Positions 1 to 15,000 of a stretch of 64,000 bases of DNA are shown piece after piece. A program made the translations under genes and the position numbers. Source of the DNA: Eledone cirrhosa (lineage: Eukaryota); assembly GCA_964016885.1 (NCBI GenBank), contig OZ024741.1, positions 215,822,001-215,886,000 of the forward strand, read 5' to 3'. Position 1 is the stretch's first letter. Each line of letters opens with the position of its first letter. The notes under the pieces were generated by a model that was not told the DNA's origin, ran no database searches, and was given only the letters and a program-made list of their open reading frames with translations.

Positions 1-3000
1 TCTAATGACTGAAACCAGTAAAACAGTACTGCCCCAGCATGGCCTCACTCTAATCACTGAAACCAGTAAAACAGTAGTGCCCCAGCATGGCCACAATCTA
101 ATGACTGAAACCAGTAAAACAGTAGTGCCCCAGCATGGCCACAATCTAATGACTGAAACCAGTAAAACAGTAGTGCCCCAGCATGGCCACAATCTAATGA
201 CTCAAACCAGTAAAACAGTACTGCCCCAGCATGGCCACAATCTAATGACTGAAACCAGTAAAACAGTAGTGCCCCAGCATGGCCACAATCTAATGACTGA
301 AACCAGTAAAACAGTAGTGCCGCAGCATGGTCACAATCTAATGACTGAAACCAGTAAAACAGTAGTGCCCCAGCATGGCCACAATCTAATGACTGAAACC
401 AGTAAAACAGTAGTGCCCCAGCATGACCACAATCTAATGACTGAAAACAGTAAAACAGTAGTGCCCCAGCATGCCCACAATCTAATGACTGAAACCTGTA
501 AAACAGTAGTGCCCCAGCATGGCCACAATCTAATGACTGAAACCAGTAAAACAGTAGTGCCCCAGCATGGCCACAATCTAATGACTGAAACCAGTAAAAC
601 AGTAGTGCCCCAGCATGGTCACAATCTAATGACTGAAACCAGTAAAACAGTAGTGCCCCAGCATGGCCACAATCTAATGACTGAAACGAGTAAAACAGTA
701 GTGCCCCAGCATGACCACAATCTAATGACTGAAACCAGTAAAACAGTAGTGCCCCAGCATGGCCACAATCTAATGACTGAAACCAGTAAAACAGTACTGC
801 CCCAGCATGGCCACGATCTAATGACTGAAACCAGTAAAACAGTAGTGCCCCAGCATGGCCACAATCTAATGACTGAAACCAGTAAAACAGTACTGCCCCA
901 GCATGGCCACAATCTAATGACTGAAACCAGTAAAACAGTAGTGCCCCAGCATGGCCACAATCTAATGACTGAAACCAGTAAAACAGTAGTTGCCCCAGCA
1001 TGGCCACAATCTAATGACTGAAACCAGTAAAACAGTAGTGCCCCAGCATGGCCACAATCTAATGACTGAAACCAGTAAAACAGTAGTACCCCAGCATGGC
1101 CACAATCTAATGACTGAAACCAGTAAAACAGTACTGCCCCAGCATGGCCACAATCTAATGACTGAAACCAGAAAAACAGTAGTGCCCCAGCATGGTCACA
1201 ATCTAATGACTTAAACCAGTAAAACAGTAGTGCCCCAGCATGGCCACAATCTAATGACTGAAACCAGTAAAACAGTAGTGCCCCATCATGGCCACAATCT
1301 AATGACTGAAACCAGTAAAACAGTACTGCCCCAGCATGGCCACAATCTAATGACTGAAACCAGTAAAACAGTTGTGCCCCAGCATGGTCACAATCTAATG
1401 ACTGAAACCATTAAAACAGTAGTGCCCCAGCATGGCCACAATCTAATGACTGAAACCAGTAAAACAGTACTGCCCCAGCATGGTCACAATCTAATGACTG
1501 AAACCAGTAAAACAGTAGTGCCCCAGCATGGTCACAATCTAATGACTTAAACCAGTAAAACAGTAGTGCCCCAGCATGGCCACAATCTAATGACTGAAAC
1601 CAGTAAAACAGTAGTGCCCCATCATGGCCACAATCTAATGACTGAAACCAGTAAAACAGTACTGCCCCAGCATGGCCACAATCTAATGACTGAAACCAGT
1701 AAAACAGTAGTGCCCCAGCATGGTCACAATCTAATGACTGAAACCAGTAAAACAGTAGTGCCCCAGCATGGCCACAATCTAATGACTGAAACCAGTAAAA
1801 CAGTACTGCCCCAGCATGGTCACAATCTAATGACTGAAACCAGTAAAACAGTAGTGCCCCAGCATGGTCACAATCTAATGACTGAAACCAGTAAAACAGT
1901 AGTGCCCCAGCATGGCCACAATCTAATGACTGAAACCAGTAAAACAGTAGTGCCCCAGCATGGCCACAATCTAATGACTGAAACCAGTAAAACAGTAGTG
2001 CCCCAGCATGGCCACAATCTAATGACTGAAACCAGTAAAACAGTACTGCCCCAGCATGGCCACAATCTAATGACTGAAACCAGTAAAACAGTACTGCCCC
2101 AGCATGGCCACAATCTAATGACTGAAACCAGTAAAACAGTAGTGCCCCAGCATGGTCACAATCTAATGACTGAAACCAGTAAAACAGTAGTGCCCCAGCA
2201 TGGCCACAATCTAATGACTGAAACCAGTAAAACAGTAGTGCCCCAGCATGGCCACAATCTAATGACTGAAACCAGTAAAACAGTACTGCCCCAGCATGGC
2301 CACAATCTAATGACTGAAACCAGTAAAACAGTACTGCCCCAGCATGGCCACAATCTAATGACTCAAACCAGTAAAACAGTACTGCCCCAGCATGGCCACA
2401 ATCTAATGACTGAAACCAGTAAAACAGTAGTGCCCCAGCATGGTCACAATCTAATGACTGAAACCAGTAAAACAGTAGTGCCCCAGCATGGCCACAATCT
2501 AATGACTGAAACCAGTAAAACAGTAGTGCCCCAGCATGGCCACAATCTAATGACTGAAACCAGTAAAACAGTACTGCCCCAGCATGGCCACAACCTAATG
2601 ACTTAAACCAGTAAAACAGTAGTGCCCCAGCATGGCCACAATCTAATGACTCAAACCAGTAAAACAGTACTGCCCCAGCATGGCCACAATCTAATGACTG
2701 AAACCAGTAAAACAGTACTGCCCCAGCATGGCCTCACTCTAATCACTGAAACCAGTAAAACAGTAGTGCCCCAGCATGGCCACAATCTAATGACTGAAAC
2801 CAGTAAAACAGTAGTGCCCCAGCATGGCCACAATCTAATGACTGAAACCAGTAAAACAGTAGTGCCCCAGCATGGCCACAATCTAATGACTCAAACCAGT
2901 AAAACAGTACTGCCCCAGCATGGCCACAATCTAATGACTGAAACCAGTAAAACAGTAGTGCCCCAGCATGGCCACAATCTAATGACTGAAACCAGTAAAA

Positions 3001-6000
3001 CAGTAGTGCCGCAGCATGGTCACAATCTAATGACTGAAACCAGTAAAACAGTAGTGCCCCAGCATGGCCACAATCTAATGACTGAAACCAGTAAAACAGT
3101 AGTGCCCCAGCATGACCACAATCTAATGACTGAAAACAGTAAAACAGTAGTGCCCCAGCATGCCCACAATCTAATGACTGAAACCTGTAAAACAGTAGTG
3201 CCCCAGCATGGCCACAATCTAATGACTGAAACCAGTAAAACAGTAGTGCCCCAGCATGGCCACAATCTAATGACTGAAACCAGTAAAACAGTAGTGCCCC
3301 AGCATGGTCACAATCTAATGACTGAAACCAGTAAAACAGTAGTGCCCCAGCATGGCCACAATCTAATGACTGAAACGAGTAAAACAGTAGTGCCCCAGCA
3401 TGACCACAATCTAATGACTGAAACCAGTAAAACAGTAGTGCCCCAGCATGGCCACAATCTAATGACTGAAACCAGTAAAACAGTACTGCCCCAGCATGGC
3501 CACAATCTAATGACTGAAACCAGTAAAACAGTAGTGCCCCAGCATGACCACAATCTAATGACTCTAACCAGTAAAACAGTAGTGCCCCAGCATGGTCACA
3601 ATCTAATGACTGAAACCAGTAAAACAGTAGTGCCCCAGCATGGCCACAATCTAATGACTGAAACCAGTAAAACAGTACTGCCCCAGCATGGCCACAATCT
3701 AATGACTGAAACCAGTAAAACAGTAGTGCCCCAGCATGGCCACAATCTAATGACTCAAACCAGTAAAACAGTACTGCCCCAGCATGGCCACAATCTAATG
3801 ACTGAAACCAGTAATACAGTACTGCCCCAGCATGGCCTCACTCTAATGACTGAAACCAGTAAAACAGTAGTGCCCCAGCATGGCCACAATCTAATGACTG
3901 AAACCAGTAAAACAGTAGTGCCCCATCATGGCCACAATCTAATGACTGAAACCAGTAAAACAGTACTGCCCCAGCATGGCCACAATCTAATGACTGAAAC
4001 CAGTAAAACAGTAGTGCCCCAGCATGGTCACAATCTAATGACTGAAACCAGTAAAACAGTAGTGCCCCAGCATGGCCACAATCTAATGACTGAAACCAGT
4101 AAAACAGTACTGCCCCAGCATGGTCACAATCTAATGACTGAAACCAGTAAAACAGTAGTGCCCCAGCATGGTCACAATCTAATGACTTAAACCAGTAAAA
4201 CAGTAGTGCCCCAGCATGGCCAAAATCTAATGACTGAAACCAGTAAAACAGTAGTGCCCCATCATGGCCACAATCTAATGACTGAAACCAGTAAAACAGT
4301 ACTGCCCCAGCATGGCCACAATCTAATGACTAAAACCAGTAAAACAGTAGTGCCCCAGCATGGTCACAATCTAATGACTGAAACCAGTAAAACAGTAGTG
4401 CCCCAGCATGGCCACAATCTAATGACTGAAACCAGTAAAACAGTACTGCCCCAGCATGGTCACAATCTAATGACTGAAACCAGTAAAACAGTAGTGCCCC
4501 AGCATGGTCACAATCTAATGACTGAAACCAGTAAAACAGTAGTGCCCCAGCATGGCCACAATCTAATGACTGAAACCAGTAAAACAGTAGTGCCCCAGCA
4601 TGGCCACAATCTAATGACTGAAACCAGTAAAACAGTACTGCCCCAGCATGGCCACAATCTAATGACTGAAACCAGTAAAACAGTACTGCCCCAGCATGGC
4701 CACAATCTAATGACTGAAACCAGTAAAACAGTACTGTCCCAGCATGGCCACAATCTAATGACTGAAACCAGTAAAACAGTAGTGCCCCAGCATGGTCACA
4801 ATCTAATGACTGAAACCAGTAAAACAGTAGTGCCCCAGCATGGCCACAATCTAATGACTCAAACCAGTAAAACAGTACTGCCCCAGCATGGCCACAATCT
4901 AATGACTGAAACCAGTAAAACAGTAGTGCCGCAGCATGGTCACAATCTAATGACTGAAACCAGTAAAACAGTAGTGCCCCAGCATGGTCACAATCTAATG
5001 ACTGAAACCAGTAAAACAGTACTGCCCCAGCATGGCCACAATCTAATGACTGAAACCAGTAAAACAGTAGTGCCCCAGCATGGCCACAATCTAATGACTG
5101 AAACCAGTAAAACAGTAGTGCCCCAGCATGACCACAATCTAATGACTGAAACCAGTAAAACAGTAGTGCCCCAGCATGGTCACAATCTAATGACTGAAAC
5201 CAGTAAAACAGTAGTGCCCCAGCATGGCCACAATCTAATGACTGAAACCAGTAAAACAGTAGTGCCCCAGCATGGCCACAATCTAATGACTGAAACCAGT
5301 AAAACAGTACTGCCCCAGCATGGCCACAATCTAATGACTGAAACCAGTAAAACAGTAGTGCCCCAGCATGACCACAATCTAATGACTGAAACCAGTAAAA
5401 CGGTAGTGCCCCAGCATGGCCACAATCTAATGACTGAAACCAGTAAAACAGTAGTGTCCCAGCATGGCCACAATCTAATGACTGAAACCAGTAAAACAGT
5501 ACTGCCCCAGCATGGCCACAATCTAATGACTGAAACCAGTAAAACAGTACTGCCCCAGCACGGCCACAATCTAATGACTGAAACCAGTAAAACAGTAGTG
5601 CCCCAGCATGGTCACAATCTAATGACTGAAACCAGTAAAACAGTAGTGCCCCAGCATGGCCACAATCTAATGACTGAAACCAGTAAAACAGTAGTGCCCC
5701 AGCATGGCCACAATCTAATGACTGAAACCAGTAAAACAGTACTACCCCAGCATGGCCACAATCTAATGACTGAAACCAGTAAAACAGTACTGCCCCAGCA
5801 TGGCCACAATCTAATGACTGAAACCAGGAAAACAGTACTGCCCCAGCATGGCCAAAATCTAATGACTGAAACCAGTAAAACAGTAGTGCCCCAGCATGGT
5901 CACAATCTAATGACTGAAACCAGTAAAACAGTAGTGCCCCAGCATGGCCACAATCTAATGACTGAAACCAGTAAAACAGTAGTGACCCAGCATGGCCACA

Positions 6001-9000
6001 ATCTAATGACTGAAACCAGTAAAACAGTACTGCCCCAGCATGGCCACAATCTAATGACTGAAACCAGTAAAACAGTACTGCCCCAGCATGGCCACAATCT
6101 AATGACTGAAACCAGTAAAACAGTACTGCCCCAGCATGGCCACAATCTAATGACTGAAACCAGTAAAACAGTAGTGCCCCAGCATGGTCACAATCTAATG
6201 ACTGAAACCAGTAAAACAGTAGTGCCCCAGCATGGCCACAATCTAATGACTGAAACCAGTAAAACAGTAGTGCCCCAGCATGGCCACAATCTAATGACTG
6301 AAACCAGTAAAACAGTACTGCCCCAGCATGGCCACAATCTAATGACTGAAACCAGTAAAACAGTACTGCCCCAGCATGGCCACAATCTAATGCCTGAAAC
6401 CAGTAAAACAGTACTGCCCCAGCATGGCCACAATCTAATGACTGAAACCAGTAAAACAGTAGTGCCCCAGCATGGTCACAATCTAATGACTGAAACCAGT
6501 AAAACAGTAGTGCCCCAGCATGGCCACAATCTAATGACTGAAACCAGTAAAACAGTAGTGCCCCAGCATGGCCACAATCAAATGACTGAAACCAGTAAAA
6601 CAGTACTGCCCCAGCATTGCCACAATCTAATGACTGAAACCAGTAAAACAGTAGTGCCGCAGCATGGTCACAATCTAATGACTGAAACCAGTAAAACAGT
6701 AGTGCCCCAGCATGGTCACAATCTAATGACTGAAACCAGTAAAACAGTACTGCCCCAGCATGGCCACAATCTAATGACTGAAACCAGTAAAACAGTAGTG
6801 CCCCAGCATGGCCACAATCTAATGACTGAAACCAGTAAAACAGTAGTGCCCCAGCATGACCACAATCTAATGACTGAAACCAGTAAAACAGTAGTGCCCC
6901 AGCATGGTCACAATCTAATGACTGAAACCAGTAAAACAGTAGTGCCCCAGCATGGCCACAATCTAATGACTGAAACCAGTAAAACAGTAGTGCCCCAGCA
7001 TGGCCACAATCTAATGACTGAAACCAGTAAAACAGTACTGCCCCAGCATGGCCACAATCTAATGACTGAAACCAGTAAAACAGTAGTGCCCCAGCATGAC
7101 CACAATCTAATGACTGAAACCAGTAAAACGGTAGTGCCCCAGCATGGCCACAATCTAATGACTGAAACCAGTAAAACAGTAGTGTCCCAGCATGGCCACA
7201 ATCTAATGACTGAAACCAGTAAAACAGTACTGCCCCAGCATGGCCACAATCTAATGACTGAAACCAGTAAAACAGTACTGCCCCAGCACGGCCACAATCT
7301 AATGACTGAAACCAGTAAAACAGTAGTGCCCCAGCATGGTCACAATCTAATGACTGAAACCAGTAAAACAGTAGTGCCCCAGCATGGCCACAATCTAATG
7401 ACTGAAACCAGTAAAACAGTAGTGCCCCAGCATGGCCACAATCTAATGACTGAAACCAGTAAAACAGTACTACCCCAGCATGGCCACAATCTAATGACTG
7501 AAACCAGTAAAACAGTACTGCCCCAGCATGGCCACAATCTAATGACTGAAACCAGGAAAACAGTACTGCCCCAGCATGGCCAAAATCTAATGACTGAAAC
7601 CAGTAAAACAGTAGTGCCCCAGCATGGTCACAATCTAATGACTGAAACCAGTAAAACAGTAGTGCCCCAGCATGGCCACAATCTAATGACTGAAACCAGT
7701 AAAACAGTAGTGACCCAGCATGGCCACAATCTAATGACTGAAACCAGTAAAACAGTACTGCCCCAGCATGGCCACAATCTAATGACTGAAACCAGTAAAA
7801 CAGTACTGCCCCAGCATGGCCACAATCTAATGACTGAAACCAGTAAAACAGTACTGCCCCAGCATGGCCACAATCTAATGACTGAAACCAGTAAAACAGT
7901 AGTGCCCCAGCATGGTCACAATCTAATGACTGAAACCAGTAAAACAGTAGTGCCCCAGCATGGCCACAATCTAATGACTGAAACCAGTAAAACAGTAGTG
8001 CCCCAGCATGGCCACAATCTAATGACTGAAACCAGTAAAACAGTACTGCCCCAGCATGGCCACAATCTAATGACTGAAACCAGTAAAACAGTACTGCCCC
8101 AGCATGGCCACAATCTAATGCCTGAAACCAGTAAAACAGTACTGCCCCAGCATGGCCACAATCTAATGACTGAAACCAGTAAAACAGTAGTGCCCCAGCA
8201 TGGTCACAATCTAATGACTGAAACCAGTAAAACAGTAGTGCCCCAGCATGGCCACAATCTAATGACTGAAACCAGTAAAACAGTAGTGCCCCAGCATGGC
8301 CACAATCAAATGACTGAAACCAGTAAAACAGTACTGCCCCAGCATTGCCACAATCTAATGACTGAAACCAGTAAAACAGTACTGCCCCAGCATGGCCACA
8401 ATCTAATGACTGAAACCAGTAAAACAGTAGTGCCCCAGCATGGCCACAATCTAATGACTGAAACCAGTAAAACAGTACTGCCCCAGCATGGCCACAATCT
8501 AATGACTGAAACCAGTAAAACAGTACGGCCCCAGCATGGCCACAATCTAATGACTGAAACCAGTAAAACAGTACTGCCCCAGCATGACCACAATCTAATG
8601 ACTGAAACCAGTAAAACAGTAGTGCCCCAGCATGGCCACAATCTAATGACTCAAACCAGTAAAACAGTACTGCCCCAGCATGGCCACAATCTAATGACTG
8701 AAACCAGTAAAACAGTAGTGCCCCAGCATGGCCACAATCTAATGACTGAAACCAGTAAAACAGTAGTGCCCCAGCATGACCACAATCTAATGACTGAAAC
8801 CAGTAAAACAGTAGTGCCCCAGCATGGCCACAATCTAATGACTGAAACCAGTAAAACAGTAGTGCCCCAGCATGGCCACAATCTAATGACTGAAACCAGT
8901 AAAACAGTAGTGCCCCAGCATGGCCACAATCTAATGACTGAAACCAGTAAAACAGTACTGCCCCAGCATGGCCACAATCTAATGACTGAAACCAGTAAAA

Positions 9001-12000
9001 CAGTAGTGCCCCAGCATGGTCACAATCTAATGACTGAAACCAGTAAAACAGTAGTGCCCCAGCATTGTCACAATCTAATGACTGAAACCAGTAAAACAGT
9101 ACTGCCCCAGCATGGCCACAATCTAATGACTGAAACCAGTAAAACAGTACTGCCCCAGCATGGCCACAATCTAATGACTGAAACCAGTAAAACAGTAGTG
9201 CCCCAGCATGACCACAATCTAATGACTGAAACCAGTAAAACAGTAGTGCCCCAGCATGGCCACAATCTAATGACTGAAACCAGTAAAACAGTAGTGCCCC
9301 AGCATGGCCACAATCTAATGACTGAAACCAGTAAAACAGTAGTGCCCCAGCATGGCCACAATCTAATGACTGAAACCAGTAAAACAGTAGTGCCCCAGCA
9401 TGGCCACAATCTAATGACTGAAACCAGTAAAACAGTAGTGCCCCAGCATGGTCACAATCTAATGACTGAAACCCGTAAAACAGTAGTGCCCCAGCATGGT
9501 CACAATCTAATGACTGAAACCAGTAAAACAGTACTGCCCCAGCATGGCCACAATCTAATGACTGAAACCAGTAAAACAGTACTGCCCCAGCATGGCCACA
9601 ATCTAATGAATGAAACTAGTAAAACAGTAGTGCCCCAGCATGACCACAATCTAATGACTGAAACCAGTAAAACAGTAGTGCCCCAGCATGGCCACAATCT
9701 AATGACTGAAACCAGTAAAACAGTAGTGCCCCAGCATGGCCACAATCTAATGACTGAAACCAGTAAAACAGTACTGCCCCAGCATGGCCACAATCCAATG
9801 ACTGATACCAGTAAAACAGTAGTGCCCCAGCATGGCCACAATCTAATGACTGAAACCAGTAAAACAGTACTGCCCCAGCATGGCCACACTCTAATGACTG
9901 AAACCAGTAAAACAGTACTGCCACAGCATGGCCACAATCTAATGACTGAAACCAGTAAAACAGTAGTGCCCCAGTATGGCCACAATCTAATGACTGAAAC
10001 CAGTAAAACAGTACTGCCCCAGCATGGCCACAATCTAATGACTGAAACCAGTAAAACAGTACTGCCCCAGCATGGCCACAATCTAATGACTGAAACCAGT
10101 AAAACAGTACTGCCCCAGCATGGCCACAATATAATGACTGAAACTAGTAATACAGTAGTGCCCCTGCATGGCCACAATCTAATGACTGAAACCAGTAAAA
10201 CAGTACTGCCCCAGCATGGCCACAATCTAATGACTGAAACCAGTAAAACAGTAGTGCCCCAGCATGGCCACAATCTAAGGACTGAAACCAGTAAAACAGT
10301 AGTGCCCCAGCATGGCCACAATCTAATGACTGAAACCAGTAAAACAGTAGTGCCCCAGCATGGTCACAATCTAATGACTGAAACCAGTAAAACAGTACTG
10401 CCCCAGCATGGCCACAATCTAATGACTGAAACCAGTAAAACAGTAGTGCCCCAGCATGACCACAATCTAATGACTGAAACCAGTAAAACAGTAGTGCCCC
10501 AGCATGGCCACAATCTAATGACTGAAACCAGTAAAACAGTAGTGCCCCAGCATGGCCACAATCTAATGACTGAAACCAGTAAAACAGTACTGCCCCAGCA
10601 TGGCCACAATATAATGACTGAAACCAGTAAAACAGTACTGCCCCAGCATGGCCACAATCTAATGACTGAAACCAGTTAAACAGTAGTGCCCCAGCATGGA
10701 CTCAATCTAATGACTGAAACCAGTAAAACAGTACTGCCCCAGCATGGCCACAATCTAATGACTGAAACCAGTAAAACAGTAGTGCCCCAGCATGGCCACA
10801 ATCTAAGGACTGAAACCAGTAAAACAGTACTGCCCCAGCATGGCCACAATCTAATGACTGAAACCAGTAAAACAGTAGTGCCCCAGCATGGCCACACTCT
10901 AATGACTGAAACCAGTAAAACAGTACTGCCCCAGCATGGCCACAATCTAATGACTGAAACCAGTAAAACAGTACTGCCCCAGCATGGTCACAATCTAATG
11001 ACTGAAACCAGTAAAACAGTACTGCCCCAACATGGCCACAATCTAATGACTGAAACCAGTAAAACAGTAGTGCCCCAGCATAGTCACAATCTAATGACTG
11101 AAACCTGTAAAACAGTACTGCCCCAGCATGGCCACAATCTAATGACTGAAACCAGTAAAACAGTACTGCCCCAGCATGGCCACAATCTAATGACTGAAAC
11201 CAGTAAAACAGTAGTGCCCCAGCATGGCCACAATCTAATGACTGAAACCAGTAAAACAGTAGTGCCCCAGCATGGCCACAATCTAATAACTGAAACCAGT
11301 AAAACAGTAGTGCCCCAGCATGGCCACAATCTAATGACTGAAACCAGTAAAACAGTAGTGCCCCAGCATGGCCACAATCTAATAACTGAAACCGGTAAAA
11401 CAGTAGTGCCCCAGCATTGCCACAATCTAATGACTGAAACATGTAAAACAGTAGTGCCCCAGCATGGCCACAATCTAATGACTGAAACCAGTAAAACAGT
11501 AGTGCCCCAGCATGGCCACAATCTAATGACTGAAACCAGTAAAACAGTAGTGCCCCAGCATGGCCACAATCTAATGACTGAAACCAGTAAAACAGTAGTG
11601 CCCCAGCATGGCCACAATCTAATGACTGAAACCAGTAAAACAGTACTGCCCCAGCATGGCCACAATCTAATGACTGAAACCAGTAAAACAGTAGTGCCCC
11701 AGCATGGTCACAATCTAATGACTGAAACCAGTAAAACAGTAGTGCCCCAGCATGGCCACAATCTAATAACTGAAACTAGTAAAACAGTAGTGCCCCAGCA
11801 TGGCCACAATCTAATGACTGAAACCAGTAAAACAGTACTGCCCCAGCATGGCCACAATCTAATGACTGAAACCAGTAAAACAGTAGTGCCCCAGCATGGC
11901 CACAATCTAATGACTGAAACCAGTAAAACAGTAGTGCCCCAGCATTGCCACAATCTAATGACTGAAACCAGTAAAACAGTAGTGCCCCAGCATGGCCACA

Positions 12001-15000
12001 ACAAATGACTGAAACCAGTAAAACAGTACTGCCCCAGTATGGCCACAATCTAATGACTGAAACCAGTAAAACAGTAGTGCCCCAGCATGGCCACAATCTA
12101 ATGACTGAAACCAGTAAAACAGTACTGCCCCAGCATGGCCACAATCTAATGACTGAAACCAGTAAAACAGTACTGCCCCAGCATGGCCACAATCTATTGA
12201 CTGAAACCAGTAAAACAGGAGTGCCCCAGCATGGCCACAATCTAATGACTGAAACCAGTAAAACAGTACTGCCCCAGCATGCCCACTATCTAATGACTGA
12301 AAACAGTAAAACAGTAGTGCCCCAGCATGGCCACAATCTAATGACTGAAACCAGTAAAACAGTACTGCCCCAGCATGGCCACAATCTAATGACTGAAATC
12401 AGTAAAACAGTAGTGCCCCAGCATGGCCACAATCTAATGACTGAAACCAGGAAAACAGTACTGCCCCAGCATGTCCAGAATCTAATGACTGAAACCAGTA
12501 AAACAGTACTGCCCCAGCATGGCCACAATCTAATGACTGAAACCAGTAAAACAGTAGTGCCCCAGCATGGTCACAATCTAATGACTGAAACCAGTAAAAC
12601 AGTAGTGTCCCAGCATGGCCACAATCTAATGACTGAAACCAGTAAAACAGTAATGCCCCAGCATGGCCACAATCTAATGACTGAAACCAGTAAAACAGTA
12701 GTGTCCCAGCATTGCCACAATCTAATGACTGAAACCAGTAAAACAGTACTGCCCCAGCATGGTCACAATCTAATGACTGAAACCAGTAAAACAGTACTGC
12801 CCCAGCATGGCCACAATCTAATGACTGAAACCAGTAAAACAGTAATGCCCCAGCATGGCCACAATCTAATGACTGAAACCAGTAAAACAGTACTGCCCCA
12901 GCATGGCCACAATCTAATGACTGAAACCAGTAAAACAGTAGTGCCCCAGCATGGCCACAATCTAATGACTGAAACCAGTAAAACAGTAGTGTCCCAGCAT
13001 GGCCACAATCTAATGACTGAAACCAGTAAAACAGTAGTGCCCCAGCATGGTCACAATCTAATGACTGAAACCAGTAAAACAGTACAGCCCCAGCATGGTC
13101 ACAATCTAATGACTGAAACCAGTAAAACAGTACTGCCCCAGCATGGCCACAATCTAATGACTGAAACCAGTAAAACAGTAGTGCCCCAGCATGGCCACAA
13201 TCTAATGACTGAAACCAGTAAAACAGTAGTGCCCCAGCATGGCCACAATCTAATGACTGAAACCAGTAAAACAGTACTGCCCCAGCATGGCCACAATCTA
13301 ATGACTGAAACCAGTAAAACAGTAGTGCCCCAGCATGGCCACTATCTAATGACTGAAACCAGTAAAACAGTAGTGCCCCAGCATGGCCACAATCTAATGA
13401 CTGAAACCAGTAAAACAGTACTGCCCCAGCATGGCCACGATCTAATGACTGAAACCAGTAAAACAGTAGTGCCCCAGCATGGCCACAATCTAATGACTGA
13501 AACCAGTAAAACAGTACTGCCCCAGCATGGCCACAATCTAATGACTGAAACCAGTAAAACAGTAGTGCCCCAGCATGGCCACAATCTAATGACTGAAACC
13601 AGTAAAACAGTAGTTGCCCCAGCATGGCCACAATCTAATGACTGAAACCAGTAAAACAGTAGTGCCCCAGCATGGCCACAATCTAATGACTGAAACCAGT
13701 AAAACAGTAGTGCCCCAGCATGGCCACAATCTAATGACTGAAACCAGTAAAACAGTACTGCCCCAGCATGGCCACAATCTAATGACTGAAACCAGAAAAA
13801 CAGTAGTGCCCCAGCATGGTCACAATCTAATGACTTAAACCAGTAAAACAGTAGTGCCCCAGCATGGCCACAATCTAATGACTGAAACCAGTAAAACAGT
13901 AGTGCCCCATCATGGCCACAATCTAATGACTGAAACCAGTAAAACAGTACTGCCCCAGCATGGCCACAATCTAATGACTGAAACCAGTAAAACAGTAGTG
14001 CCCCAGCATGGTCACAATCTAATGACTGAAACCAGTAAAACAGTAGTGCCCCAGCATGGCCACAATCTAATGACTGAAACCAGTAAAACAGTACTGCCCC
14101 AGCATGGTCACAATCTAATGACTGAAACCAGTAAAACAGTAGTGCCCCAGCATGGTCACAATCTAATGACTTAAACCAGTAAAACAGTAGTGCCCCAGCA
14201 TGGCCACAATCTAATGACTGAAACCAGTAAAACAGTAGTGCCCCATCATGGCCACAATCTAATGACTGAAACCAGTAAAACAGTACTGCCCCAGCATGGC
14301 CACAATCTAATGACTGAAACCAGTAAAACAGTAGTGCCCCAGCATGGTCACAATCTAATGACTGAAACCAGTAAAACAGTAGTGCCCCAGCATGGCCACA
14401 ATCTAATGACTGAAACCAGTAAAACAGTACTGCCCCAGCATGGTCACAATCTAATGACTGAAACCAGTAAAACAGTAGTGCCCCAGCATGGTCACAATCT
14501 AATGACTGAAACCAGTAAAACAGTAGTGCCCCAGCATGGCCACAATCTAATGACTGAAACCAGTAAAACAGTAGTGCCCCAGCATGGCCACAATCTAATG
14601 ACTGAAACCAGTAAAACAGTACTGCCCCAGCATGGCCACAATCTAATGACTGAAACCAGTAAAACAGTACTGCCCCAGCATGGCCACAATCTAATGACTG
14701 AAACCAGTAAAACAGTACTGCCCCAGCATGGCCACAATCTAATGACTGAAACCAGTAAAACAGTAGTGCCCCAGCATGGTCACAATCTAATGACTGAAAC
14801 CAGTAAAACAGTAGTGCCCCAGCATGGCCACAATCTAATGACTGAAACCAGTAAAACAGTAGTGCCCCAGCATGGCCACAATCTAATGACTGAAACCAGT
14901 AAAACAGTACTGCCCCAGCATGGCCACAATCTAATGACTGAAACCAGTAAAACAGTACTGCCCCAGCATGGCCACAATCTAATGACTCAAACCAGTAAAA